Shown here in pieces: positions 1 through 7,702 of a stretch of DNA of 17,702 nucleotides. The position numbers and the translations under genes are program-made. The stretch is from Gemmatimonadota bacterium. GTDB taxonomy: Bacteria; Latescibacterota; UBA2968; UBA8231. The notes beneath the pieces were generated by a model. That model searched no databases. It was not told the origin of the DNA and saw nothing but the letters and a program-made list of their open reading frames with translations. Location: NCBI GenBank assembly GCA_038128265.1, contig JAYPJE010000074.1, forward strand, positions 1-17,702. The letters run 5' to 3'. Each line of letters begins with the position of its first letter. The first letter of the stretch is position 1.

Positions 1-110
1 CCGCAGTCCCAGAAGGATACGGCCGGCGCCATGGTCTTGATGTAGACGCCCAGCGCGAGCAAAAAGACGCCTAGGCCGATATAGCGGTGTATTTTCTCGT
101 CTACTACCAT
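1..110 (-). CDS. 5' part (runs off window) of a DUF2723 / TMEM260-like GT-C membrane glycosyltransferase
   Basis: Not in the ORF track; translated by hand from ATG at 110: MVVDEKIHRYIGLGVFLLALGVYIKTMAPAVSFWDCG. A hydrophobic helix followed by Y-x-x-T-x-A-P-x-x-S-F-W-D-C-G is the characteristic DUF2723 N-terminus. GGAGAG RBS just upstream (115-120). Confidence 0.85.
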   Translation of the reverse strand, partial: MVVDEKIHRYIGLGVFLLALGVYIKTMAPAVSFWDC

Positions 111-247
111 ACAGCTCTCCATGCAGTCGCGCAGAGTGCCTACAGTCGGGTGCACTGCGCAGCGCATCTGTTAGTTGAGGATTCGAAAGTTAGCGGCACT
201 CCATAATGTAGGCCATAAGCGCCTGTTGCGCCCGTTGGCTGGGCGTG

Positions 248-276
248 TTGAGAGCGCCACTCGCCTGACGTAGTTT
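248..276 (+). promoter_or_regulatory. Candidate sigma70-type promoter for the sulfatase
   Basis: TTGAGA (248-253), 17-nt spacer, TAGTTT (271-276), 30 nt before the ATG at 307. Confidence 0.45.
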
Positions 277-306
277 AGCCTATTCGCCATTTACAAGAGG
301 TGTCAT

Positions 307-1638
307 ATGATGAATATCGTCTATATCCATTCGCACGATACCGGGCGCTACGTGCAGCCCTACGGATACGCTATTCCCACGCCGCGCATCCAGCAGCTAG
401 CCGAAGAGGGCGTGCTGTTTCGTCGCGCTTTTTGCGCCAATCCAACCTGTTCACCCAGCCGCGCCTGTTTGCTTACGGGGCAGTGGGCACACAGCTGTGG
501 TATGGGCGGATTGGTCAACCGCGGCTGGAGCCTGCCCCATCCCGAACGGCTGCTGCCGGCTTTGTTGCGCGCGTGCGGCTACCAGACCGTGCGTACCGGC
601 ATCCAGCACGTGGTAAAGGATCCGCAAGAAGGAGGCTACGAGCGCATCGAAAGCGGCGAGGGCGGCGATGAGGGGGCGGCTGCGCGCGCGGCCGCCTTTA
701 TTGGCGAGGCCCACCAACGGCCCTTTTTCCTCGACGTGGGGTTTGGCGCAACGCATCGTCGTGCCGAGGTGTTCGACGGCCCGCCGGCGGGCGCGGGGGC
801 GACGGACCCGCGCTTTGTGCAGCCGCCGGCCCCCCTGCCGGACACGCCGGAGACGCGCGCCGATATGGCGCTCTATATCGATGCGGCGCGGACGCTGGAC
901 GCGCTGATGGGCACCGTATTTGATGCCGTCGACGCCTGTGGTCTGCGCGATAGTACGCTCATTGTCTGCACGACCGACCACGGCATTGCCTTCCCGCGCA
1001 TGAAGTGCAATCTGACCGATCACGGCATGGGCGTCATGCTGGTTATGCGCGGACCGGGTGGATTTACCGGGGGGCAGGTCATCGATGGATTGGCCAGCCA
1101 TATCGACCTCTTTCCGACGGTGTGTGACGTAGCCGGTTTGGCGGCGCCCGACTGGCTGCAGGGCACGTCGCTGCGTCCGCTGGTCGAGGGGGCCGACAGC
1201 GTGCGCGAAGCGGTGTACGGCGAGATCAACTATCACGTGTGCTACGAGCCGCAGCGCGCGCTGCGCACGGAGCGCTGGAAGTATATCCGACGCCTGCACG
1301 CGCGCGCCCGGCCCGTGCTGCCCGACTGCGACGACAGCGCCAGCAAAGACTATTTGTTAGACCGCGGCTGGAGCGAGCGCGAAGAAAGCGAAGAGCGTCT
1401 CTACGACCTGCTCTACGACCCGCACGAGGCGCACAATGTGGCGGGCGATCCAGCGCATGCCGAGGTGTTGGATGCGCTGCGCCAGCAGATGCAAACGTGG
1501 CGCGAAGAGACGGGCGATCCACTGCTCGAGCAGCCGGTTTTTATGCCGCCGGAAACGGCCCAGGTGGCCGATCCGGACGCGCGCTCGCCCCGCAGTGCAC
1601 CGGCTCATTCGGCTCGGACTTTTTTGGGCGTAGACTAA
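307..1638 (+). CDS. Formylglycine-dependent (S1) sulfatase, N-sulfoglucosamine sulfohydrolase (sulfamidase)-like
   Basis: 443 aa. CSPSRACLLTG (CxPxR) motif, N-terminal NIVYIHSHD metal ligand, TTDHGIAFPRMKCNL resembling the SGSH-like subfamily, C-terminal ERLYDLLYDPHE. AGAGG RBS; start could be 310. No signal peptide visible. Confidence 0.92.
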   Translation: MMNIVYIHSHDTGRYVQPYGYAIPTPRIQQLAEEGVLFRRAFCANPTCSPSRACLLTGQWAHSCGMGGLVNRGWSLPHPERLLPALLRACGYQTVRTGIQHVVKDPQEGGYERIESGEGGDEGAAARAAAFIGEAHQRPFFLDVGFGATHRRAEVFDGPPAGAGATDPRFVQPPAPLPDTPETRADMALYIDAARTLDALMGTVFDAVDACGLRDSTLIVCTTDHGIAFPRMKCNLTDHGMGVMLVMRGPGGFTGGQVIDGLASHIDLFPTVCDVAGLAAPDWLQGTSLRPLVEGADSVREAVYGEINYHVCYEPQRALRTERWKYIRRLHARARPVLPDCDDSASKDYLLDRGWSEREESEERLYDLLYDPHEAHNVAGDPAHAEVLDALRQQMQTWREETGDPLLEQPVFMPPETAQVADPDARSPRSAPAHSARTFLGVD

Positions 1639-1651
1639 GGGGAGGGGTCCC

Positions 1652-1860
1652 TCACTACTGGTGCTGTGGGGGCGCGATATGGCGCGGGGCGACGTCGCAG
1701 TGAGCGCCGTGCTGAGGATCTATATCGCGTGGGTGCGCTGCTCAAAGAGCGCAAGCTGGCGCGCGCCTGTGGGGAGGCCTATAGCCGCTATCAGCGGCGC
1801 GTGCCGATGCTGCTGCCCGGGAAGTCGGCGGGGCGACTGTGGCGGGCCGTTCGGGCTTAG
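1652..1860 (+). pseudogene. Truncated, frameshifted C-terminal remnant of an isoprenylcysteine carboxylmethyltransferase (ICMT/PEMT/MddA-nurim-like) family gene
   Basis: One frame reads SLLVLWGRDMARGDVAVSAVLRIYIA to about 1729; the adjacent frame continues VGALLKERKLARACGEAYSRYQRRVPMLLPG to TAG at 1860. Joined, this matches the family C-terminal consensus Y-I-x-V-G-x-x-L-E-E-R-K-L-x3-(F)-G-E-x-Y-x-x-Y-x-x-x-V-P-x-L-L-P. The upstream RHP motif and N-terminus are absent. Confidence 0.72.
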
Positions 1861-2081
1861 CGTTCCAGCGATTCGAGCAGTTCGTCAAGCGTCCACAGGC
1901 GCTCGGACTGGTTGACGAGCAGGTCGATAATGCGCGGATGGGCGCGCACGGTGTAGGCATCGATAAATGCGAAGTCCGGTCGCACGCTGCCGTCTTCGTT
2001 TTCGGCGACCATGCCGGGATCTTCAATTACAGTTATTTCGTCGGCCTTTCCCATCGCCTCCATATGACGGTACTGTGGCAT
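1857..2081 (-). CDS. Small acidic hypothetical protein (74 aa)
   Basis: A strong AAAGGAG RBS 7 nt before ATG at 2081 (MPQYRHMEAMGKADEITVIEDPG...LWTLDELLESLER) favours this start over the GTG at 2174. Composition is protein-like; no family recognised. Confidence 0.7.
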   Translation of the reverse strand: MPQYRHMEAMGKADEITVIEDPGMVAENEDGSVRPDFAFIDAYTVRAHPRIIDLLVNQSERLWTLDELLESLER

Positions 2082-2158
2082 TTTGACACTCCTTTGAGCC
2101 AATACGCGTTGTGATTGTGTCGTGGTAGCCTCGGGTGGGCGCCACGCCCATAACACAA

Positions 2159-2173
2159 TCAATATTCGTGCCA
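2159..2173 (-). promoter_or_regulatory. Candidate sigma54 (RpoN) -24/-12 promoter
   Basis: Minus strand reads TGGCACGAATATTGA versus consensus TGGCACG-N4-TTGC: perfect -24 box, correct spacing, one mismatch in the -12 box; 78 nt upstream of the small ORF start. Confidence 0.55.
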
Positions 2174-2223
2174 CCGCTGCGCATAGAGGCGAATTTTTCT
2201 CAGAAAACCCTACCGGGGTCAGC

Positions 2224-3624
2224 TCAATAAGGCCAGATGCGCGGCCGGGGACGCTCGCTCTGCAGCTGGTGCACTAAGAGCTGATGACGCAGCTGGGCCA
2301 ATAGGGCCGCCTGCGCGCTATCGCTGCTCAGATCGCGGTAGGCCTGTGGGTCTTCGCGCAGGTCGTAGAGCTGTTCGCCTCCATCGGCTTCCAGCACATA
2401 GCGATAGTCGCTGGTGCGCAGCGTTTTCCAGCCGTCCATTTCCGTCAATGCACCCGGCCGGCCGCTCCACTTTTCGCCGCACAGGGCCGGGTGCAGCGAT
2501 TGGCCCTGGAGGTCCCCCGGTACCGGTATGCCGGCGCATTCGAGCAGCGTTGGCAGCACGTCGACCCCTTCCACTAGGCCTCGCTCCGTGCGGCCGGGGT
2601 GTTCGACATGGCCGGGCCAGCGGACAATAAGTGGGACACGGGTGACGCAGTCGTGACCCGGATAGCCCTTGCCATAGCGCAGGTGTTCGCCGAGCCATTC
2701 GCCGTGGTCGGAGGTAAAGACCACCACGGTGTCGTCGCGCAGGCCCAGTCGGTCGAGGTGCTCGAGAATGCGTCCCACGTGGTGGTCGACCTCGCTGACC
2801 ATGGCGTAGTAGCCCTGATGAGCGCGGCGCAGTTCGTCTTCGCCAAATTGGTCGGAGGCCCGGTTCGCTTCGACCTCGGGCGGGTACGACGGGATGGATA
2901 GGCGCTGTGGATCGTAGCGCTCGATAAATTCCTGGGGCGCGACCCAGGGTGAGTGCGGTGAGTAAAAGCCGGCCACGCACAGAAAAGGCTGCTGGCGGTG
3001 CTGTTCGATAAATTGCATCGTCTGGTCGGCGACAAAGGTGGTGTGCGTGTATCGGCTATCGCCGCGAAAGGGCAGCGCGTCGAGCGGGAAGCGCTCGGCC
3101 GGATGGGCGATGCCGTCGCGCACGCCCAGCTGGCGCTGCCACACGGCGGCGGCCGGCGGTAGGCCGAGGCTGATGTGGTCGAGCTGCTGCGGGTCTTGGC
3201 GCTGTACCCAGGCGCGGTAGGCGTCGGCATAGGGACCCGGTTCGTCGGAAATCTCGAGATGGTCAAAGCCGTAGGGTGGATGGATAGCGCGGTGGTCGCG
3301 GTTGGCGTGCGGCAAAAAGTGCAGCTTGCCGATATTGGCGCTGGTATAGCCATAGTTGCGCAGGTAGTGCGGCAAAATGGGAATGTCTTCGGATACCGGT
3401 ACACCCATATGCGTCACGCCGAGTGCAGAAGGGTAGCGGCCGCTGAGAAAAGACAGGCGCGACGGCATGCAGACGGGGTTTTGCACAAAGTAGTGGTCGA
3501 AGTTAATGCCCTCGCCGACCAGGCGATCGAGATGGGGCGTCTGTATATCTGTATTGCCGTTGGCGCCGAGGGCGTCGTGGCGCTGTTGGTCGGTGTAGAG
3601 CAGCAGGATATTGGGTCTGCGCAT
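2224..3624 (-). CDS. Formylglycine-dependent (S1) sulfatase, choline-sulfatase/arylsulfatase-like
   Basis: 466 aa. RPNILLLYTDQQR, CMPSRLSFLSGRYP (CxPxR), GKLH, SDHGEWLGEH and EQLYDLREDP motifs. AGAGAGG RBS. No signal peptide. Confidence 0.93.
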   Translation of the reverse strand: MRRPNILLLYTDQQRHDALGANGNTDIQTPHLDRLVGEGINFDHYFVQNPVCMPSRLSFLSGRYPSALGVTHMGVPVSEDIPILPHYLRNYGYTSANIGKLHFLPHANRDHRAIHPPYGFDHLEISDEPGPYADAYRAWVQRQDPQQLDHISLGLPPAAAVWQRQLGVRDGIAHPAERFPLDALPFRGDSRYTHTTFVADQTMQFIEQHRQQPFLCVAGFYSPHSPWVAPQEFIERYDPQRLSIPSYPPEVEANRASDQFGEDELRRAHQGYYAMVSEVDHHVGRILEHLDRLGLRDDTVVVFTSDHGEWLGEHLRYGKGYPGHDCVTRVPLIVRWPGHVEHPGRTERGLVEGVDVLPTLLECAGIPVPGDLQGQSLHPALCGEKWSGRPGALTEMDGWKTLRTSDYRYVLEADGGEQLYDLREDPQAYRDLSSDSAQAALLAQLRHQLLVHQLQSERPRPRIWPY

Positions 3625-3641
3625 TGCGGCTGTGCCTCTCT

Positions 3642-5924
3642 TTACGGGCGAGTGTCGCCGACTACCTCTAAGTCAAAGCCTTGAATATCGACGCCGCCCT
3701 GACCGTTCTGCACGCGCAGCGTGATGGTGTGCAGCCCCCGGTGCCGGTCTTCGGGCTGGAGGGTCATGCAGCCGCTCTGCTCGTCCAACTGGACAAAGGC
3801 GGGGCCCTCGTCGAGCAGGAAGCGCAGCACGTCAAAATCGCGAATGGCCGATTGGTAGCGGTGGGGCCCGTCGCTTATGCAGCGCAGATCGCCCTCTCCG
3901 CACAGGCTCTGCACGGAATAGCGGGTTGTATCGCCGGCGCGCGCACGGAGCGGCGGCTTCGAGTAGATAAACGGGCGCGGCGCCGCGGCTAGGTCCGACG
4001 GGCCGCTCGGCGTGCCGTCGGCGTCCAGAGCGACAACGCGGTAGTAGCTGGCGTTGGCCAGCCCGGCCTGTGGTCCGACGATCTGCAGGTGGGTATCGGT
4101 GGTTTCTGCCACGCAGTTGGCTGGGCGTTCCTGCAGGCCGGTCTCTCCTCCGCAAAACACCTCGTGGCGTTCGTCGCGGGCGCTAAAGCCGCGCTCGTCG
4201 CTGGCGTAGACGGCGTAGCGCACGGGGGCATTGCCCCGCGGATTGGCGCGCCAGTGCAGGTTCATCATGCGCGCTGGCCAGTCTGCGCGCACTTCGACGT
4301 CGAGCGGCACGCCGGGAGCGGAGGCCACAAACGAAGCCGGTCGGCTCCACGGCCCCCACAGCCCGTCCGCACTGCGCGCCCGCACGCGCCAGTAGTACGG
4401 GCAATCCGGGTTGAGCAGGCCCATTTCGGGCGGCGACCACTGGTTCTGTCCGGCAAAGGGCGTATTGGAGATGAGCTTTTCAAATACGGGCGAGAGCACG
4501 CAGCGCATATCGGCTCGATCGCCCAATTCGAAGTGGTAGTCGGCCGCATCGGCCACGGGCTGCCAGCGGAAGGTGGGCTGGGTGCCCAGCACCGTGTCGC
4601 CGTCGATAGGTCCGAGCAGCTCGGGCGCGCTGGGCGGTATCAGATCGTCGCGCTCCTGCCAGCGGTGCGTCAGAACGACAGTGCGCTCGGTGCTGTCGTC
4701 TTCGTAGAGCAGTTCGTTGTCGCCCACGTGCAGGGCCGGCAGGGACAGCGGTGCCATTTGCAGGTCCAATTCGATGGCGATGTCCTGCAGGTTTGCACTG
4801 CGCCCGTTCAGGCGCAGATAGAGTTCGTAGGTGGCCGGTCCGTCGCCGGGCAGCAGCGGGTCGAGCTGTCCGGCGTCGTCAATGGGCAGCCATTGGCTGC
4901 CGTCGCGCGACAGGGCACAGTCAACGGGGACCGCGCTGCGGTAGGTCAGGCAGCCTCCGACAATGACGTAGGGCGTTTGCAAGCGATAGACTAGCTGCAC
5001 GGGTTGCTGGGAGTCGATGGTCTCCAGGCCTTCATCGCTGCTGCGTAGGTTATCGGCCCCTTCACACCAGCGGTCGAAGCTCGAGTCGAGGCGCGGCACA
5101 AAGCGCCAGGTGCCGTTGCACAGGCGCGGCGGGCGGTTGCCGAAGCCGTGGTACTTGCCGCGGTCCTGCCACTGCCAGACCAGCGCTTCGCCGGGCCGCA
5201 GGACGCAGTCCATGCGGTGGTCGCCGACCAGCGGGCGTCCGCCGCTGCGCGGTCCGTCGTGTACGAAGAGCGCCGCCGCGCTCTCGTCGCGCTGGCGATT
5301 TTCGCCGCTCAGTATGCCGTAGGCGTGGCCGCGCTTGACCAGGTCGTGATCGCGCGCCAGGTCTTCTTCGCCGGCGATGGTCTCGTTGTCGCGCAGCAGA
5401 TAGAGCAGGTGCTCGTCGCTGTCGAGCAGGTGAAATGCGCCGTCAAAAAACACCTCCGTCGTGCAGTGGCCGTGCGGCACGCCGCGGCGCACCGGCAGGC
5501 CGGCCTCTTGCCACAGATTAGAAACCGTATAGGCCTCGTCCCAGCACAGCGTATAGCCGTAGACGTTGAGCATTTTGACGGTGTCTTTGACTTCGTCATC
5601 GGCCGTGGTGCTGTGGTAGCGATGTCGCCGCGCAAACTCCCAGAGGGTGCGCGCCTTTTCCGCATTGGACATTGTATCGTCGACCAGACCGTCGACGATT
5701 TCGCGCAGCGAATGCCAGCGGCGCTGGCCGTCGACGTGCACGCGCGGTCGGACGACGGGTTCGTCGCCGATGTTTTCCATCGATAGTTCCAGGTTGTTTT
5801 CCCAGTGCTGTTGGTAGTTGCCATAGCCTATTGGATCGCGCGTATTGGTGCCGTCTGCCGTCCCGCCCACGTGAATGGAATAGGCGTGTTGGCTGCTCTG
5901 TGGAGATTCGCTGTGTTTGTGCAT
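3642..5924 (-). CDS. 760-aa multidomain protein: transglutaminase-like (Cys-His-Asp) domain plus fibronectin-III/Ig-like domains
   Basis: AEKARTLWEF...YGYTLC(127)WDEA...AGLPVRR...GH(153)CTTEVFFDGAFHLLD(168) fits the transglutaminase-like core. Fn3-like signatures PTFRWQPV...YHFEL...YYWRVRARSADGLWGPWS and YYRVVALDADGTPSGPS. Ig-like end ITLRVQNGQGGVDIQGFDLEV. ATG directly abuts the upstream TAA. Confidence 0.75.
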   Translation of the reverse strand: MHKHSESPQSSQHAYSIHVGGTADGTNTRDPIGYGNYQQHWENNLELSMENIGDEPVVRPRVHVDGQRRWHSLREIVDGLVDDTMSNAEKARTLWEFARRHRYHSTTADDEVKDTVKMLNVYGYTLCWDEAYTVSNLWQEAGLPVRRGVPHGHCTTEVFFDGAFHLLDSDEHLLYLLRDNETIAGEEDLARDHDLVKRGHAYGILSGENRQRDESAAALFVHDGPRSGGRPLVGDHRMDCVLRPGEALVWQWQDRGKYHGFGNRPPRLCNGTWRFVPRLDSSFDRWCEGADNLRSSDEGLETIDSQQPVQLVYRLQTPYVIVGGCLTYRSAVPVDCALSRDGSQWLPIDDAGQLDPLLPGDGPATYELYLRLNGRSANLQDIAIELDLQMAPLSLPALHVGDNELLYEDDSTERTVVLTHRWQERDDLIPPSAPELLGPIDGDTVLGTQPTFRWQPVADAADYHFELGDRADMRCVLSPVFEKLISNTPFAGQNQWSPPEMGLLNPDCPYYWRVRARSADGLWGPWSRPASFVASAPGVPLDVEVRADWPARMMNLHWRANPRGNAPVRYAVYASDERGFSARDERHEVFCGGETGLQERPANCVAETTDTHLQIVGPQAGLANASYYRVVALDADGTPSGPSDLAAAPRPFIYSKPPLRARAGDTTRYSVQSLCGEGDLRCISDGPHRYQSAIRDFDVLRFLLDEGPAFVQLDEQSGCMTLQPEDRHRGLHTITLRVQNGQGGVDIQGFDLEVVGDTRP

Positions 5925-6818
5925 TTAGCCTTTTGCCGCGTGCTGGGTGATAAAGGGATGTAGAATTGAGGCCATTTCTTCGGCGCATTCAATGTGGGGC
6001 GCGTGGCCGCAGTGATCAAATAGGTGGGTCTGGGCATCGGGTATGTCTTCGGCAAAGCGCAGGGCGTTCAGCGGGTTGATAATGCGATCCTCGCGGCCCC
6101 AGAACACCAGCGTGGGCACGGTGACTTCGCCCAGGCGATGCGCCAATTCGTCAATGTCGGGGGGGACGATATTGCGCGCCGATAGCTGGTAGGCGTAAAA
6201 GGTGTCGATCCGCTGCAGCGCGGCCAGCGTATCGGCGACGAGCACGGGGGGCACGGCGCTGAGGTCGTGGAAACAGCGGGCAACCGAGCGCTGTGCCCCT
6301 CGCGCTAGTAGGCCCGTTTTCTTACACAGCGCATGCACTAGAGGTTGTTGGAGCGCGCTGCCTAGCCAGCCGCCCATTTCTCGAATATATCCGGGCAACG
6401 GCTGGGGATAGCCGGCAGCGGCTACCAGCACGAGGGCGCGCGTGCGCCGCCGCACTTCGGGATAGTCTAGGTAGAGCCGCAGAGCGATACCGCCGCCCAG
6501 CGACGAGCCGCCCAGCACAAGGGACTCGAGGCCCATCGCCTCGACAAAGGCACACAGGTATTCTGCTTGCGTATCGGGCGAGTAGCGGCGTTCGGGAGGC
6601 AGGTGTGTCAGCGGCGGTCTGTCGCTGTGGCCGTGTCCGAGCAGGTCGGGTGCCACGCAGCGCACGCCGGACAGACGTGCCGCTAGCGGGGACCAGGTGC
6701 GCTTGTGATCGAATATGCCGTGCAACAGCAAGAGCGCTTGCGACGCAGCACCGCTGCTGTCGCAGTAGGCCAAGCGCACCCCGTCGCCGACTTCAGCGTA
6801 GTGGGTTGCGTCAAACAA
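5925..6818 (-). CDS. Alpha/beta fold hydrolase (start uncertain, probable 5' frameshift)
   Basis: LLLLHGIF oxyanion loop, APDLLGHGHS, GSSLGG nucleophile elbow, WGREDRII acid, CGHAPHIE catalytic His. In-frame TTG at 6818; the natural ATG at 6876 is out of frame (see findings). The track start at 6968 overlaps the aldolase and is unlikely. Confidence 0.88.
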   Translation of the reverse strand: MFDATHYAEVGDGVRLAYCDSSGAASQALLLLHGIFDHKRTWSPLAARLSGVRCVAPDLLGHGHSDRPPLTHLPPERRYSPDTQAEYLCAFVEAMGLESLVLGGSSLGGGIALRLYLDYPEVRRRTRALVLVAAAGYPQPLPGYIREMGGWLGSALQQPLVHALCKKTGLLARGAQRSVARCFHDLSAVPPVLVADTLAALQRIDTFYAYQLSARNIVPPDIDELAHRLGEVTVPTLVFWGREDRIINPLNALRFAEDIPDAQTHLFDHCGHAPHIECAEEMASILHPFITQHAAKG

Positions 6819-6883
6819 GGCCGAGCACTGGGTATTGGTCTTCGGCGGCGGCGGCGTCCCATACGGGCTGGGGCATCGCCTAT

Positions 6884-7666
6884 TTACCGCGGAATCGAGT
6901 GCACGTCGTCGAGCACGTCTTTGAATTTGGCGTAGAGCAGGTTGAAATCGCCGCCGAGCGAGATCCACTGCAGGCCCCGATCCAGCCAGTGCGCAACGGC
7001 CTGGCGCTCGTAGCCCATAGAGATGCCAATGGTCTTATCCGTTTGCAACGTTTTGGCGATAACGCGCTCGGTGGCGGCTATGACCTGCGGATGGGTCACC
7101 TGGCCGGACAGGCCCATCGAGCCGGCCAGATCGTTAAAGCCCACGCACAGCCCGTCGAGTCCATCGACTGCCAGAATGTCGTCAATGGCCTCGACGGCGT
7201 GGATATGCTCGATCTGCACGATGACCATAATCTGCTCGTCGGCATCGACGAGGTATTCGGGGTAGGGCTGGCCGCCAAAGCGGCGACCGCGGCGCGGGCC
7301 GAAGCCGCGGATGCCCGCGGGCGGATACTTGCAGGCGGCAACGACGCGCTCAACGTCGGCAACCGACTGGACCTGCGGTGCGATAATGGCGGCTGGATGT
7401 AGCTCGAGTACGGGCTTAATCAGCACCGGATCGGCGGCCGGCACGCGGATAAAGGGGGCGGCGCCGGTGCCGCGCACCGCCATCACGTGGCCGAGGGCCG
7501 TGCTCAGGTCGATGGGGCAGTGCTCCATGTCGATCCAGGTAAAATCGTATCCGGCATCGCCGACCAATTCGCTGATGGCTGGATCGCTAAAGCTGATTGT
7601 GGTGCCGACGCAGAGTTCGCCGCGTGCAATCTTGGCCTTAAAGCGGTCGACGTGGTTGATGGTCAT
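6884..7666 (-). CDS. HpcH/HpaI-family class II pyruvate aldolase (GarL/RhmA-like)
   Basis: GYDFTWIDMEH, catalytic Arg in PFIRVP, KYPPAGIRGFG, metal ligands in VQIEH and GFNDL. AGGAG RBS before ATG at 7666 (MTINHVDRF); 260 aa. Confidence 0.93.
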   Translation of the reverse strand: MTINHVDRFKAKIARGELCVGTTISFSDPAISELVGDAGYDFTWIDMEHCPIDLSTALGHVMAVRGTGAAPFIRVPAADPVLIKPVLELHPAAIIAPQVQSVADVERVVAACKYPPAGIRGFGPRRGRRFGGQPYPEYLVDADEQIMVIVQIEHIHAVEAIDDILAVDGLDGLCVGFNDLAGSMGLSGQVTHPQVIAATERVIAKTLQTDKTIGISMGYERQAVAHWLDRGLQWISLGGDFNLLYAKFKDVLDDVHSIPR

Positions 7667-7702
7667 GGAGACTCCTGTGTACGCCAATCGCGGGCTGTGT
7701 GA

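Noticed and set aside
6819..6968. N-terminal extension of the hydrolase in the ORF track
   Set aside because: Overlaps the aldolase gene by 85 nt and encodes low-complexity Arg/Pro-rich sequence.
6293..7402. 369-aa plus-strand ORF, and similar ones at 4089-4994, 5148-5786, 8150-8779 and 451-1299
   Set aside because: All overlap well-supported genes on the opposite strand and show no recognisable domains.
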